This document shows positions 37,201-49,900 of a stretch of DNA of 64,000 bases, in pieces. The DNA is from Paragordius varius (Eukaryota > Animalia > Nematomorpha): contig OZ176058.1 in the NCBI GenBank assembly GCA_964247055.1, forward strand, positions 806,001 through 870,000. Direction: 5' to 3'. The number at the start of each line of letters is the position of its first letter. The stretch's first letter is position 1. The position numbers and the translations under genes are program-made. The notes beneath the pieces were generated by a model. It worked only from the letters and a program-made list of their open reading frames with translations, was not told where the DNA came from and made no database searches.

Positions 37201-40200
37201 TACAAAAACTATCGTTTCCAAAAAAAATTGGAGTTAAAATCAAAAATTTGGTTAAAAACTTAAAAAAAACATTTTTAAAAAATATTACACTAAAAAATTC
37301 AATTTTTAAATATTTTTAAAAAAATGAAAATTATATCTTTAAAACAAATTAATTGTAACATTTTTATTGAGTATTTTTATAAAAATAAAAATAATATGTT
37401 TAAAATCTCAAATTATTTTTAACTTTTAAACTTATTGAATACTTTTTTTAAAAAAATAAAAAACTATTTTAGATAAAAACTTTCAGATTCAGATATAAGA
37501 CTGGATGGTTTCCATTTAAGGCAATCATCAACGCCATTTTTGCCTGTTAAATTATCTATTGTAGAATTTTTTGAATTAATATTATCATTTTGATTAGATA
37601 TTAATAATGGTATGTTGGCTTGAAACTCTTCACCTACATTAATCTGCTAAAAAACGAAAAAAAACAAAGTTAAAAATATTAAAAATTGAATTTGATATGT
37701 AAATTTGTTACATAAATATACCTTTATCAGACGCAAAAATAAGATCAAATTATTTATAGGTTAATTACCAAAAAAATTTTTTAAAGAAATCACAATAAAA
37801 CTTTATTTATTTGATAATTTTATCTATCTGGTCAATTCGGAACTTTAAACTTTCTGAACAACTAAAGATAAAAAACAACATAGAAAACCAATACCTTAAG
37901 GGAAAAAATGAAAAAAACTTTTTATCTTATTAGCAAAAGAAACCGAAACCAATATATACAAAACAAACGCTAAAATAAGAACAAAATATTTTAAGATCAA
38001 AATATTATAGCAGAATAATTTTAAAAGTCATAAAAATCTCCTTTTTACTCTAATGTAAATATGCTTGTGTTTGCTTGTTCTAATGTAATTTCCATTCCTA
38101 TAAATTATATAATCTTAAAATCCTTTTATTAAAAACTGTGTTTCAATGTAGGGTTATATCACTCTCATTTCCTAAGGAAAAGATATTTGCGTCATTTCAT
38201 TAGGAAAAGAAACAATAATATAACCGAACATTTTTACACATATATGTGCGCCTTAAACGCAAAAATAGGGACAAATTTGTAAAACCTAGTTTAGTAAAAA
38301 TTTAAATTATAAGGAAAATAAATATTTTTAAAAAGGACAATCATATTTAGAGTTTTACTTTAAGATATAACATATCGTTTTAGGTTGCGAAATAGAGAAT
38401 TAATGTGTAAATTATTATTCTTTTATAAATTTCCGAATGTTCTAATGTAATTTCCTATAAATTAAATAATCTTAAAATCCTTTCATAAAACACTGTGTGT
38501 CTCAATATAGGGTTATACCACTCCATTTCCTAAGGAAAAGAGATTTGCGTCATTTCATTAGGAAAAGAGACAGTAATATAACCGAACATTTTTACACATA
38601 TATATGCGCCTCAGATGCTAAACTTATTCATAGAATTTGGTTTAACTGGTAAATTGTACAGTAACTAAAATTATACGGACAAAAGGTAAAAAGATAAGGA
38701 CAAATATTTTTTTATTAAAAAACATCTACTTTTTAAATCATGATTTTTTTTCAATACAAATCATTGTTAAAAATGGCAAAGTGTGAATATAAATGTATAT
38801 TGGTAATACAATCAATTCTATATTTTACAATTGTAACTAAATAGCTTATATAAGAAAAATTTCGGTTTTAAAAAGAGTGGTGGTCTTTTAAACAAAATTT
38901 ATCATCATATTTTTACGTTTTGTCCGTATTATTTCAATTTTTACTGCATAATTCTTAAGGAAATATTTAAACTAATGTTAGTTATTAAGGCTTTAAACTT
39001 TTTTCCAAATTTCAGGGGGTAAGTAATCAGTATCATCCATTTCATCGTAATCATCAGATTCCCTGTGTTCATAAAAAATAATTAGGGTAATGTATTATAA
39101 TAAAAAAATCAAAATTATTAAATAAATTATTGTTAACGTGAAAGTTAAGTAAAATTGTGTATTATACTTCATTTGTAAATATGGGCAAACATACCATTTA
39201 CAAATTCACCCTAAACAATTCAAATTCACCCTCGAAAAATTCAAATTCACGCTTAATTATATGTATTTTAAGATTAGAAATTACCTATAATTTTAAAATA
39301 TAAAATTTGGTTTTAAAATAAAATAATGCTAAAATAATAAACTAGTCAAAAAACTATATTTTCATATTAATAATGACATGTATTGATTGGGAAACACATA
39401 ATTTATTTTTAGGGTGAATTAATTGTTAAAGGGTGAATTTGAACTGTAAATGGTATATTTTCTATACTCCTAACACTTCCTAATATATTTTTAGTATAAA
39501 TTTCAAAATTGTTGGAAAAAACACATCCTTAATATTTAAACAAAATTTTAAGCAAAATTTATTTGTTTATAAAATAACCCTTTAAAAAATTACAATTTTT
39601 ACATATTTAACAATTTCAAAACTTTACTTTGCTATATCACCATCATTTGTTATCAGGGATTTTAAGGCCAGCGATGTGTTACTTAATAAATATTTTGTAG
39701 TATATTTCAAATTGTGATTATCATTATTATTGGTATTAAAATAATTTTCATTATTGGTTTGAGGCAAATGTTCAACATTTTGTGTAAGGCTTGTTGGTAA
39801 ATTTTTATCACAGTTTAAAACTCTAGTTTCTTGGGAATCACCTAGAATAAATAGAATAAAGAAAAGAAAATAGTAAAAAAAAATTTAAAAAACTAAAAAA
39901 GGTATAATATAAAAATGAATAAATAGCTCAAATTTATAAGGTATTAATAAAATTTGAAAAAAAAAACTAATATCGATAAAAACAGGAAGAGATGTTTAAC
40001 ATGAAACCAATCACAAAATTTTTTTTTAGCTCGCGCGCGAACATCAAAAATTCCATACAAAAAATATTTATAAATGATCAAAGAATAAAATTGTATGTCT
40101 TAAACGAAATTTCTGAATAATTACATGTTTTTTCAAATTTAGCAAAAATTATTTATATAATATAGTTTTTTCGTATTTTTGACCTTATTATTTACCATTT

Positions 40201-40668
40201 ACAGTTAAAATTCACCCTTGAACAATTCAAATTCACCCTTAAACAATCCAAATTCATCCTTGAACAATTCGAATTTACCCTTAACCACTTCAAATTCACC
40301 CTTGAACAATTAATAAACCCTTATTCAATTCACCCCTCTAAAAATAAATTATGTGTTTTCAGGCAACTAATATAACTCATTATTCTTATAAAATATATCT
40401 TTATGGCGCATAGTTTATTATTTTTTCAGTATTATTTTATAATAAACAAAATTTTATATTTTAAATATATATTAAAATATAGGTAATTTTTAATGTAGAA
40501 AAACACTTATAATTTATATTAGAGGAATTTGAATTGTTCAAAGGTGAATTTATATATATATAACAATTAAAATTCACCCTTGAACCATTCAAATTCACCG
40601 TTTAAATTTGGATTTAACCATAGTTTTTGCATGTATCTTTTTGTGTTGTTTTTTTAAACCTAATTTTC

Positions 40669-40699
<31 letters not shown>

Positions 40700-43226
40700 G
40701 TTTTCATTTTAAAATATATTCTTTTAATTAATGACGCCACTTTATATATATATATATATATAGTAAAACTTACCAAACATCTTTTGATTTTGACTGACAA
40801 CTTTTAAATCATTTTCATGATTATAGGTGAGATCTCTATTAGAGGGGCTTTTCATATTAACAATTTTATCATTGCTTTGTTGAGTAACTATAGTTGAATT
40901 TTCAATTACAGAAATTTCAGATGTATTCGTATTGGTATTATTATAACCATATCGGGCCAATAATATTTCTATTGGTAATTCTGCTTCCTACAATATAATA
41001 TAAAATATAAATTACATAAAACAGTAAAAATCAGCTAAAATCACCCTTAAACAATTCAAATTCACCCCCTTGAACAATTCAAATTCATCCTTGGAAAATT
41101 CAAATTCACCCCTGAGCAATTCAAATTTACCCTTGAACAATTTAAATCACCCTTGAACAATTCAAATCACCCTTGAACAATTCAAAATCACCCTTGACCA
41201 ATTCAAATTCACCCTTGAACAATTAAAATTCACCCTTAAACAATTCAAAATTACCCTCGAGCAATTCAAATTCATCCTTAAACAATTCTAATTTACCCTT
41301 GAGCAAATTTAAATTCACCCTCGAACAATTCAAATTCACCCTTGAACAATTCAAATTCACCCTTAAACAATTCAAATTCACCCTTAAACAATTCAAATTC
41401 ACCCTTGAGCAATTCAAATGCACTCTCAAATAATTTATATGTTTTTTAAAAATTACCCCTATATTTTTATATATTTTTAGAAAATCCAAAATTTTGTTTT
41501 AAATTAATATAATACTATTGAAAAACTAATAAACTATGAGCGACATAAAGGTATATATTTCATATTAATAATGAGTTATATTAGTTGTTCGAAAACACAT
41601 AATTTATTTTTAGGTTTCAGTTCAAATTCACCCTTAAACAATTTGAATTCACCCCCTCAAATAATTTTTGTGTTTTTTAAGATTAAAAAATATCTCTAAT
41701 TTTTATATATTAAAAAAATCTAAAAAATTTTTTAAATTAAAATAATACTACTGTGAAAAACTAATAAAATGCGCGCCATAAAGATATATATCATATAAAT
41801 AATGAGTTATATTAGTTGTTCGAAAACACATAATTTATTTTTAAGTTACAATTCAAATTGTTCAAGGGTGATAATTGAAGTGTTCAAGGGGTAAATTTTA
41901 ATTGTTCAAGGGTGAATTTGAATTGTTCGAGGGTGAATTTGAACTGTAAATGGTATAATATTTTTGATTCAATAATCTTTCCAGTCCAATAATTTCATAT
42001 GTTTTATAATGAAACCAGTATTCGTATAATTAACTAAGGTTATTTGCCATCAAATTTTTGAAATTAAAAATGAAAATTTTAACTTTTTACAATAAAAATA
42101 ATATAAAACTTACTTTGTTAAAAATTGAAAAGTATGATTGAAATAGAAAGGTATATTGGTAATACAATTAATTATATATATATATGATTTATAATTGTAA
42201 TTATTAAATATATTTTAAACAAATTAGTCAAAGTTATAAAAAGTATGGTGTTTTCTTTTGGAAAAACAAATTGTCTTTATACAATTTTTACTGTAGTTTT
42301 CAAAAACTTCTGTGGTCAAAACACACATCTAACGGTTATAGCGGTTCGAGTCTTCAAACCCAATTTTGACAGTTATAACCGTATTTTTAGCGCTGCTAAC
42401 TACCCCATTTTTAGGGGTTTTAAACTGCTTTTTGAAACCGTTTTTTTTTATTCAAACCCAATTTTAACAGTTATAACCCGGTTTTAAACCCGTGTTTAAA
42501 AACGACGATGTACATACATTAGCTAGGTCCGTGAGTTCATTATCAGATTGGGAATTTTGGCCATCAGCTGATGCTGCCGCCAGCTGTTCTTCCTGTTCCA
42601 GCGTTTCTTCATCATCTTGACTATCAAAGTCTGAGGCATCAAACTCATCTGTGAGCCATAAAATATAGATTGCGTATTTAAAGTATTAATTTGGGGGCAG
42701 GCATAAAATTTTGTATGAATTATTTAGTAATAAATATAAAATTAAGAGTATTTTTTTAAAATTTAATATATTAAATTAAATTAGGTTTTTCTAAAAATCA
42801 TTTTTATAAATACAAATAATTAAATTTTGACTTTATATAATATGGAGTGAGTAAAAGAACTGAAATATTCTTAAATTAAAAATATCAATTAAAAGAATTT
42901 GGTTTATGATAAATTATAAAAAATATTTGGAATCTGAAAGACGACTAAAATTTTACAATTTTTCATAAAAATTAATATCTAATAGATTAAATATGTATTT
43001 TATACATTTTTAGGTGATATATTAAAAAAAATTGAAGATTTTTGGCAAATCTAAAATATATACCGCTTTCGGACATATAACTATCATCATCCTGAATAAA
43101 AATAAACATATATTGTTAAATATTTTTAAAACTGTAAAAATATTATAGAAAAACGGAAAATTTAAAGTAAAATAAAATATATATGTGAAAAAAATAGCAT
43201 AATATCTTTTTAACAGATACCTCCAT
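31270..43226 (-). CDS. MIER1: MIER-family (mesoderm induction early response) ELM2-SANT transcriptional corepressor; 11 coding exons; in-frame TAA at 32004-32006
   Basis: Minus-strand exons: 43226-43221 (ATG GAG), 43091-43064, 42648-42518, 40987-40774, 39841-39628, 39062-38999, 37646-37481, 34845-34724, 33698-33582, 32726-32648, 32101-31995, 31524-31270 (TGA); all phases agree (12 segments counting the 6-nt ATG exon). Motifs: DDEETLEQEEQ, EAELPIEILLARYGY, DYLPPEIWKK|QINVGEEFQANIP (ELM2), PDNEM|ALSTL, EWTLDDCQAFENGLIEFGKNFHQI, VGDLIFFYYFWKKSERHD (SANT). The paralog number (MIER1/2/3) cannot be assigned. Confidence 0.9.
34356..36432 (-). repeat. One donor-side and five acceptor-side copies around MIER exon 34845-34724
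   Basis: Donor-side copy ATACCCTTTGAGAATATCGCGTAGGATTAATTAAGGGTTCAAAG (+ strand) at ~34356-34406. Acceptor-side copies TTTAACCA(TT/AG)CATTGATATGG...TCAACTA at ~35160, 35531, 35795, 36008 and 36392. Confidence 0.92.
38076..38610 (+). repeat. Direct duplication of ~175 bp in a MIER intron (38076-38252 and 38438-38610)
   Basis: Near-identical blocks TGTTCTAATGTAATTTCC...TTCCTAAGGAAAAGA.ATTTGCGTCATTTCATTAGGAAAAGA...CCGAACATTTTTACACATATAT.TGCGCC. Confidence 0.85.
41030..41956. mobile_element. MITE family A composite with ~18 tandem 21-bp units and two cores
   Basis: TTGAACAATTCAAATTCACCC array at ~41040-41425, two copies of the core at ~41430-41840, right end GAACTGTAAATGGTATA at ~41941-41957. 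Confidence 0.82.
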
Positions 43227-45749
43227 TTGTGTGTCTGGCTTTGAAAATTCGAAAACGGATGAAAATATGAAACTATGCTAAACAAATATTATATTTATTT
43301 TTTGACAGTTACTTTTATATTTTCTTAGCAAATTCTAAATCATAAATTAGATATACCATTATAAAAATATTTTATATGTTAATTTAAAACATCATGACCT
43401 TGGGTTATATATATATCACAGAACTTTTGGATTTAAATATATGAAAAGGTAATTAAGGTATTAGGCCGAATTTTCCTTCTAGGTGCATATACAAATAATG
43501 TAATTATAATGTTAAATTGTAAAAAATACTCAAGCAAAACTTTTTCTAGCAACTTTTTTCTTTAATTTGATAACTCGACAAAATACAGTATGAGTAAGTT
43601 TTTGATTATTGCCTAATAGAAAAATCAGCAAAGAGAATTATTGGCTGAAAATATAAAAAAGTGGAAAAAATATATAAGCCAATAATACATCCCTTTTTTG
43701 TATATGCTATTTGGCAATAATTAAAAATTTTCCAGGATGGTTTACTTACTCACAATAGGCAAATAAAAGTTATTGTGGATGATAATGTCAATGATTAATT
43801 TTAACATTTCAAGCGATATACCGCAAACCTATTTAGCGATTTACATTAAACTGTTTGCCATCAAGCTTATAAAATTAAAACTCAAATAAATTGCAAAATT
43901 TATCAAATATGTAGACTTTGTGAAAAGATGAGTTAAAGCTAATATATCAATCTACCATTTGAGGTAGTACTATGTTCCAAATCCATTTCAAGTGTGAATA
44001 TTTAAAAAGGTATTAAAATAAGCGAAGTTAAATAGTATTCTTTCAATAGATTCTACGAAACATTATACAATTTTTTAAAAAAAATTGTTAAATTGTAAAA
44101 AAAATTTATTTCAAACTTGTTTGCCGCCATTTTTTCTAAAAATTTTTTAAAATTGCTAATGCAACAAGCAATTAATGCATATTATGGGTAAAAAGTGTAA
44201 AAAATTAACTCCTAAAAGTTATCAGGCTCCATTTTACCAGCAAAAACTTGATGCCTTTAAGAATTTAATATCATTTGTTCGTTTTATTTTGTTTTTTAGC
44301 TGTCCTAATTATAGAGAGGTCACAAAATTTTAAAAAATATATGTCCAATACACGAGAATAATGTTTGATAATCAAATTTTAACTAAAATAACTCTCAAAA
44401 CATTAGTTTACTCACAAAATGGAGCTTTGTCATGTAAAACTAACCCAAAATCCAAACTAGGAGAAAAAATTTGAAAAGGTAATCACTTAAAACTTTCACG
44501 CAGTATTTTATTTACAAGATTGAAAGGGTAAACTACCCTAATGATATATATATATAGATATCAGAAGTCTTACAAAATTACAAATGCTAATTTAACACTT
44601 GGATGCAACACATCCATTTCAGTCCTTTGATTTAAATGGGGGTAGTTGGATACCCAGGCCTGTTTAAAAGTAAATAATTCGAAAAATATGGAAGGAATTA
44701 AAACCATGGCAAATATTGCACTTTTATAACATAAATAAATTAAAATATATAAAAAATTTCATTTAAAAATACCTAATATTATTTATTTTCAGGTAAAACC
44801 TCATGGTAAAAATTTAGTCAACATGACATAAGTGCATAAACTAAATTGAAAAATAAAACAAAATAAACCTTTTACTGTTTCCATCAATGTTGGATGTAAT
44901 TTAAATGAAAAATTAGCTTTTATTTTAGCTTTATTATTAGATAAACACGATATTTTGCAAAAATGGTTTAAAATAAAAATGGCGTCGAAGTAGTTTGATA
45001 TAAATGTTTTTTTTCAAACCCAAATTTTACTTAGATATTTAGGCTTATTTATATAACTTTTATTATAGAAGCATAAATTTAAATTGGGATCGTTTCTTTC
45101 AGTAGTTTTTCAAAAATTTCAATTTTAATATAGACGGATTTAGATACCCCAATTTGAATCGAAGTGTCAAATTTATTATACAGTTTTTATCAGCCTCAAA
45201 AAAGTATATGTACGCTAATACTCCTTTTTTTAAGAAAAAATTTTTCATTCGCACGATAAATTAAAATTAAAATAATATTATACTTTTTAATGGTAGTTTA
45301 TAATATATTTTAGTGATGGAATGAAGCATGAGCTTTTCATCAAAAAAATTTATCAAAAATATGTGAGCTAATCTTTGATAAATTTTGATAAGGAGAATTT
45401 TTCAAAAATAGGAAATGACATACTTATATCACTAGTAAGGACCAAAACCAAAAGCAAGATGTAACCTTTAGACATTTCTCAATCAGATATTTCAGCGATT
45501 TATTTACGCCCCCAATTTTAAATGCAATATAAGGATATATTAATACCCCTCAATTTCGGACATGTTTAGGAGAGGGTTAACATTCGAGACTTTGGTAGTC
45601 CAGATGTACTAAATTTATATATGAATCGTTTTATATTTAGGATAAGTATCAAAATGACCGCGAAATTTGTGATTTCTGATATCTTCCAATTATAGCATAT
45701 CGGTAACAACTTTTTATGACGTATATAACTCAATATTCCCATTGTTAAG

Positions 45750-45789
<40 letters not shown>

Positions 45790-46901
45790 AAGATATTGAT
45801 TTAATCTGCGATGTTAAATACCATATAAATGAATTCATCAGTTACGATAAAAAATATGTAAAAACCGTTTTTTTCACTGTTTTTGCCCTACTTTAATTGT
45901 TGGGGTATTTATATGAGCTCAAATTTATAAATAAACTACAGTTTGAAATATATTTAAGTTTAAATTTAATTAACTAATATTGTTTCATGTTTTATATAAA
46001 ATTTAAATTTTTAACAGCTTTGTGTCTTCTAGAGTCTAAATTTGACACTGCTCAACACGAAAAAACGAACTCTCATATTAAAATCAAAATATCAAGCTTT
46101 TGATGGTAAAATGTAGACAGGTTTTTTTAAAGTTAATTATTTAAATTATTTAACCATAAATATACATTTAATTCCCTATTGCATCAGCGATTTAAAAAAT
46201 ATTTTAATAGAAATGGCGGCAACTGAAATGAGAATAATTTACAAATTGACATTTTTCAAATAAAATCTTTTAGTATAATGCGCCTAAAAGACAAAAAAAT
46301 ATTTTTAAATTTGAGTATATACCTTAACGACTTGTCAATATATTTACAATACGCTCTAGAATATAAAATACCGTAAAAGAGAAAGAAGTTTTAATACTCG
46401 ATATATTTGAAATAGATAGTCATAGATATAAATGATATTTTTCAAAATTTATGATGAAAATGGACCAACGATTTTAGAAATATTTTTCCCAATAACAATA
46501 ATATATCTAAATATTTTAAACAGCTTTTATATTAGAAGGCATAAGTAAAGCTTTTCATAATATTCTTTTTCATGATAATAAATTAAAGTTTTTATAGGGA
46601 ATTTTTTTATGTGTATCAATCCCAAACGATAAATGAAATTTACATATATTATGAAAAGTATTACGGTAAAAATATATAAAGCAGGTTTTGTATAATTATT
46701 TTAGGATTATAATATAATATACTTGTTAACAATTTTGGATTTTTATAAAAAAAATTATTATCATTAAATTGCCAGAATATAAATAATTTTGTAAATATAA
46801 TTTTAAATATTTTTATCTAAGGAGCTCACATGCAATATATTCATTCTTTTAATCATGTGATAAAAATTTAAATTATTTTTTTGATATATTTTATAATTAT
46901 T
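43227..46901. promoter_or_regulatory. Divergent (head-to-head) promoter region of MIER and RMDN with three YY1/Pho-like motifs
   Basis: The two start codons point away from each other (43226 minus, 46902 plus). GCCGCCATTTT at 44123-44133 (minus), AAAATGGCGTC at 44976-44986 and AAATGGCGGC at 46211-46220. Confidence 0.55.
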
Positions 46902-49900
46902 ATGTTATTTAAAGTTTTGAATAAACAATGCAGGAATCTTAATTTATATGGTGCCTCTTATAAAATTTATCAACTACTTAAATTATTTTATAACAATCAA
47001 AGACCAATTTTTAATACTGGCCAAAAATATATATTAACTCTACCTCCAACTTTATTCACATTATCCATCGTATATTGCAAACACAAAAATGAGAAATCTG
47101 AGGGTATGTGAGTTTGAAAATTTTTTTAATTGATTTTTAATTTAAGATTTTTTTAAAAAAGTTTTTTTGATATATATGCCTATACAGTAAAATTGAAATT
47201 ATACGGCAAAATAAATTAAATGACAAATATTTTTTAAAGTAAAGTAACTCATAGATACTCTTCTAAACTTTATTTTTTTTCACATAAACTATTAATTTTT
47301 ATAAATTATTGGTAAGTCCCTATTTAGCAACCCTAAATATTATAAAAAAAATAATAAGTATATTTTTCTTTATAAAAAAATATTTGTCTTTAATTATAAG
47401 TCTTTTATTGTATAATTACTTTTTTACTTTATTTTCTCAGATATATTTATACATGAGTTGGATAACCTATTTAATCAAGAGAAGTTCCTGGATTTATATA
47501 TTGCTGTTCAAGAACAAAAGGTAAAAAATTTTATATATCAAAATATTTAAATCATTATAATTGTTTCTGAAATAATTATTTTTTAAGTTTGGTCTGTATT
47601 ATAATTTCAATTTATAATATGAATCTAATTTGTTTGTTTTATATTTTATAAGTAAAACCTAATCCGTCTTTTCTCAAAATTTTTAATGCGTAGATTTGAA
47701 CATAGTGCCTAACGCTAATACCTAAGGTTTTGTATTATTGTTTATAAAATTTGAATGTTAATTCAACCATACTTGAACTTTAACTTTGTTAATTTTATTT
47801 AGATATTATTTAAAACATAATGCGTATATAAACTTAGACTAATAAATCATTTGATTTAAATGATTTTTATGACGGATTCGGGGAATGTGTAGATTCGTCA
47901 TAAAATATCCCGATTAATATTGTTAGAGAAATGTTCTTTTTTCACTCCAATCCATATATTTGAATTATAATCCTATTTTTTAGGAGCTATTTCAACAACA
48001 AACTATCACACCTCAACAACATTCCACAACACAGTCATTATCAGGGATAAAGACAGAACAAAATACCTTTAATTCCGCCCACCAAGCTGATATACTATGG
48101 CGAAAGGCAAGAGCTATTTGGACTCTGGTTAAACATCAGGATAGACTTGAACGGCGAATAGAAAAGTGTTGGGATCATATAATGTTGAACGTTACCGCGG
48201 TAAGACCCTCGATCGAAAAAGGTACATCAGGGGGTGTTCCCATGGTAACCACAACATTAGATTCTAACCTCCTAACCTCTGATGTCACATCAAGCGCTTA
48301 TAAGGATACGAATTCCGAAACTTTGGGAAAACGGCAATTAACCCACTTGTGTGATAATATTGAGACATATATCAAAAATTTACAAACAATTAACGCTTAT
48401 ATATCTCAAAGCGACGGGGAAAACACCGAAAATTCAATCAAACCAAAGACAAATAATAGTGGAAAGAAAAATAAATGCAATATATATATAGATATACACA
48501 AACAATTACAAAGCCAATTAATATCCTTAAAACAAAATGCACTCGACACAAATAAAAGTATAGATTTAAAGCCAAACGATATAATCGAATCAAAATCAAA
48601 TGAATTACATAAAGTATTGTATACATTACACAATCAATGGAAAAAGGCTACTTCGGAGTCAGACAGTTGGAGCAAAAGCTCAAGATCAATTTTATTACAA
48701 CAAGGCTACTCTTGTGCAAAACAAGCTGTGGAATTGAACCCTAATAATTTTTCTAGTCATAAAGTAGGATTTTACAGTTAAAAATTTAAACAAATCCAAA
48801 GTCAAATAGCCCATGAAAAATATTAAATTATTTTTTGGAGAAAATCATAGAATAAGGGAATTAAAAATTTTCGTTTTCTATTTTGAAGATTAATAAACTA
48901 AATCAGTATAATTTTTTTTATACCTCTAACTAATTAATAAACTTCTTGTCTAAAGCTTCGTATTAAAACAGAATAAAATTAATATAAATTATGGATGTTA
49001 GTTTAGAATTTATTTAAATTTCCAAAACATTTTCAAAAAACTTATTATAAAAATTGAACCTCAACCATTTTTTCCAAAATTTAATATATACTTTATTTAT
49101 TGCTTATAGTGGCTCAGTTTACTAATGGATAGTACAGTGCGTGAAAAAAGTATTCGTGAACAAATAAACTTATCTTTTATTATCAGGCATCACTTTGAGG
49201 TAAATTTTGAAATTATTGCCCTAAAAATTAAAATTATTTATTAACTTAGTGAAATAAAACAGAGCAATCATTTTATAGAATAGGTAGGTTTTTAAAGAGT
49301 TGATATATTATTGGTTTAAAGGCCTTTAAATGGGGCATTAAAAATATAAAAATGTTTAAACATTCATTCAGGCGTAGCTAACACCCGCCCTTCAAAATAT
49401 TTCTCTAGCCCATGAGAAATTTTAAAAATTTATAAACCAAGTAAATATGTTTCGTCAAACAAATTTTCTTAATTAATCTTTCCGGAATGATTTAGCAATG
49501 AACTATCAAAAAATGTTAAAATTAACATTTACAGTCTTAAACTTAAAATTTAATAAAATATTTGTAATACCCTCCCATATATTTTGTGAATGAGGTCCGC
49601 CCGTCAATTTTTTCGCCAAAAATACGACCCGTGAAGCCATTTTTGTTGAATTCAGACCTGCGTTAATGGATAGTTTAGTTAACTCTAACCAATTATAAAA
49701 CCTTATAATCACTATATAATTCTATATAAACTATTTTTAAACTGACCACAAATGTTTAATTTAGAGTTAATTATGAGAATTAATTGTACATATAAATATT
49801 TTACTAAACTAATATAATATAACTAACCATTTTTATCTATATTTTTATTTTTGGCTAAGCAAATGTAATATAACCTTGAATAAACAATACATTATATATA

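Noticed and set aside
46020-46115. GC-richer island (TCTAAATTTGACACTGCTCAACACG...AAGCTTTTGATGG) as an RNA gene or exon
   Set aside because: No tRNA or snRNA fold or motif recognised and no usable frame; probably a repeat fragment, but it is single-copy here so it cannot be supported.
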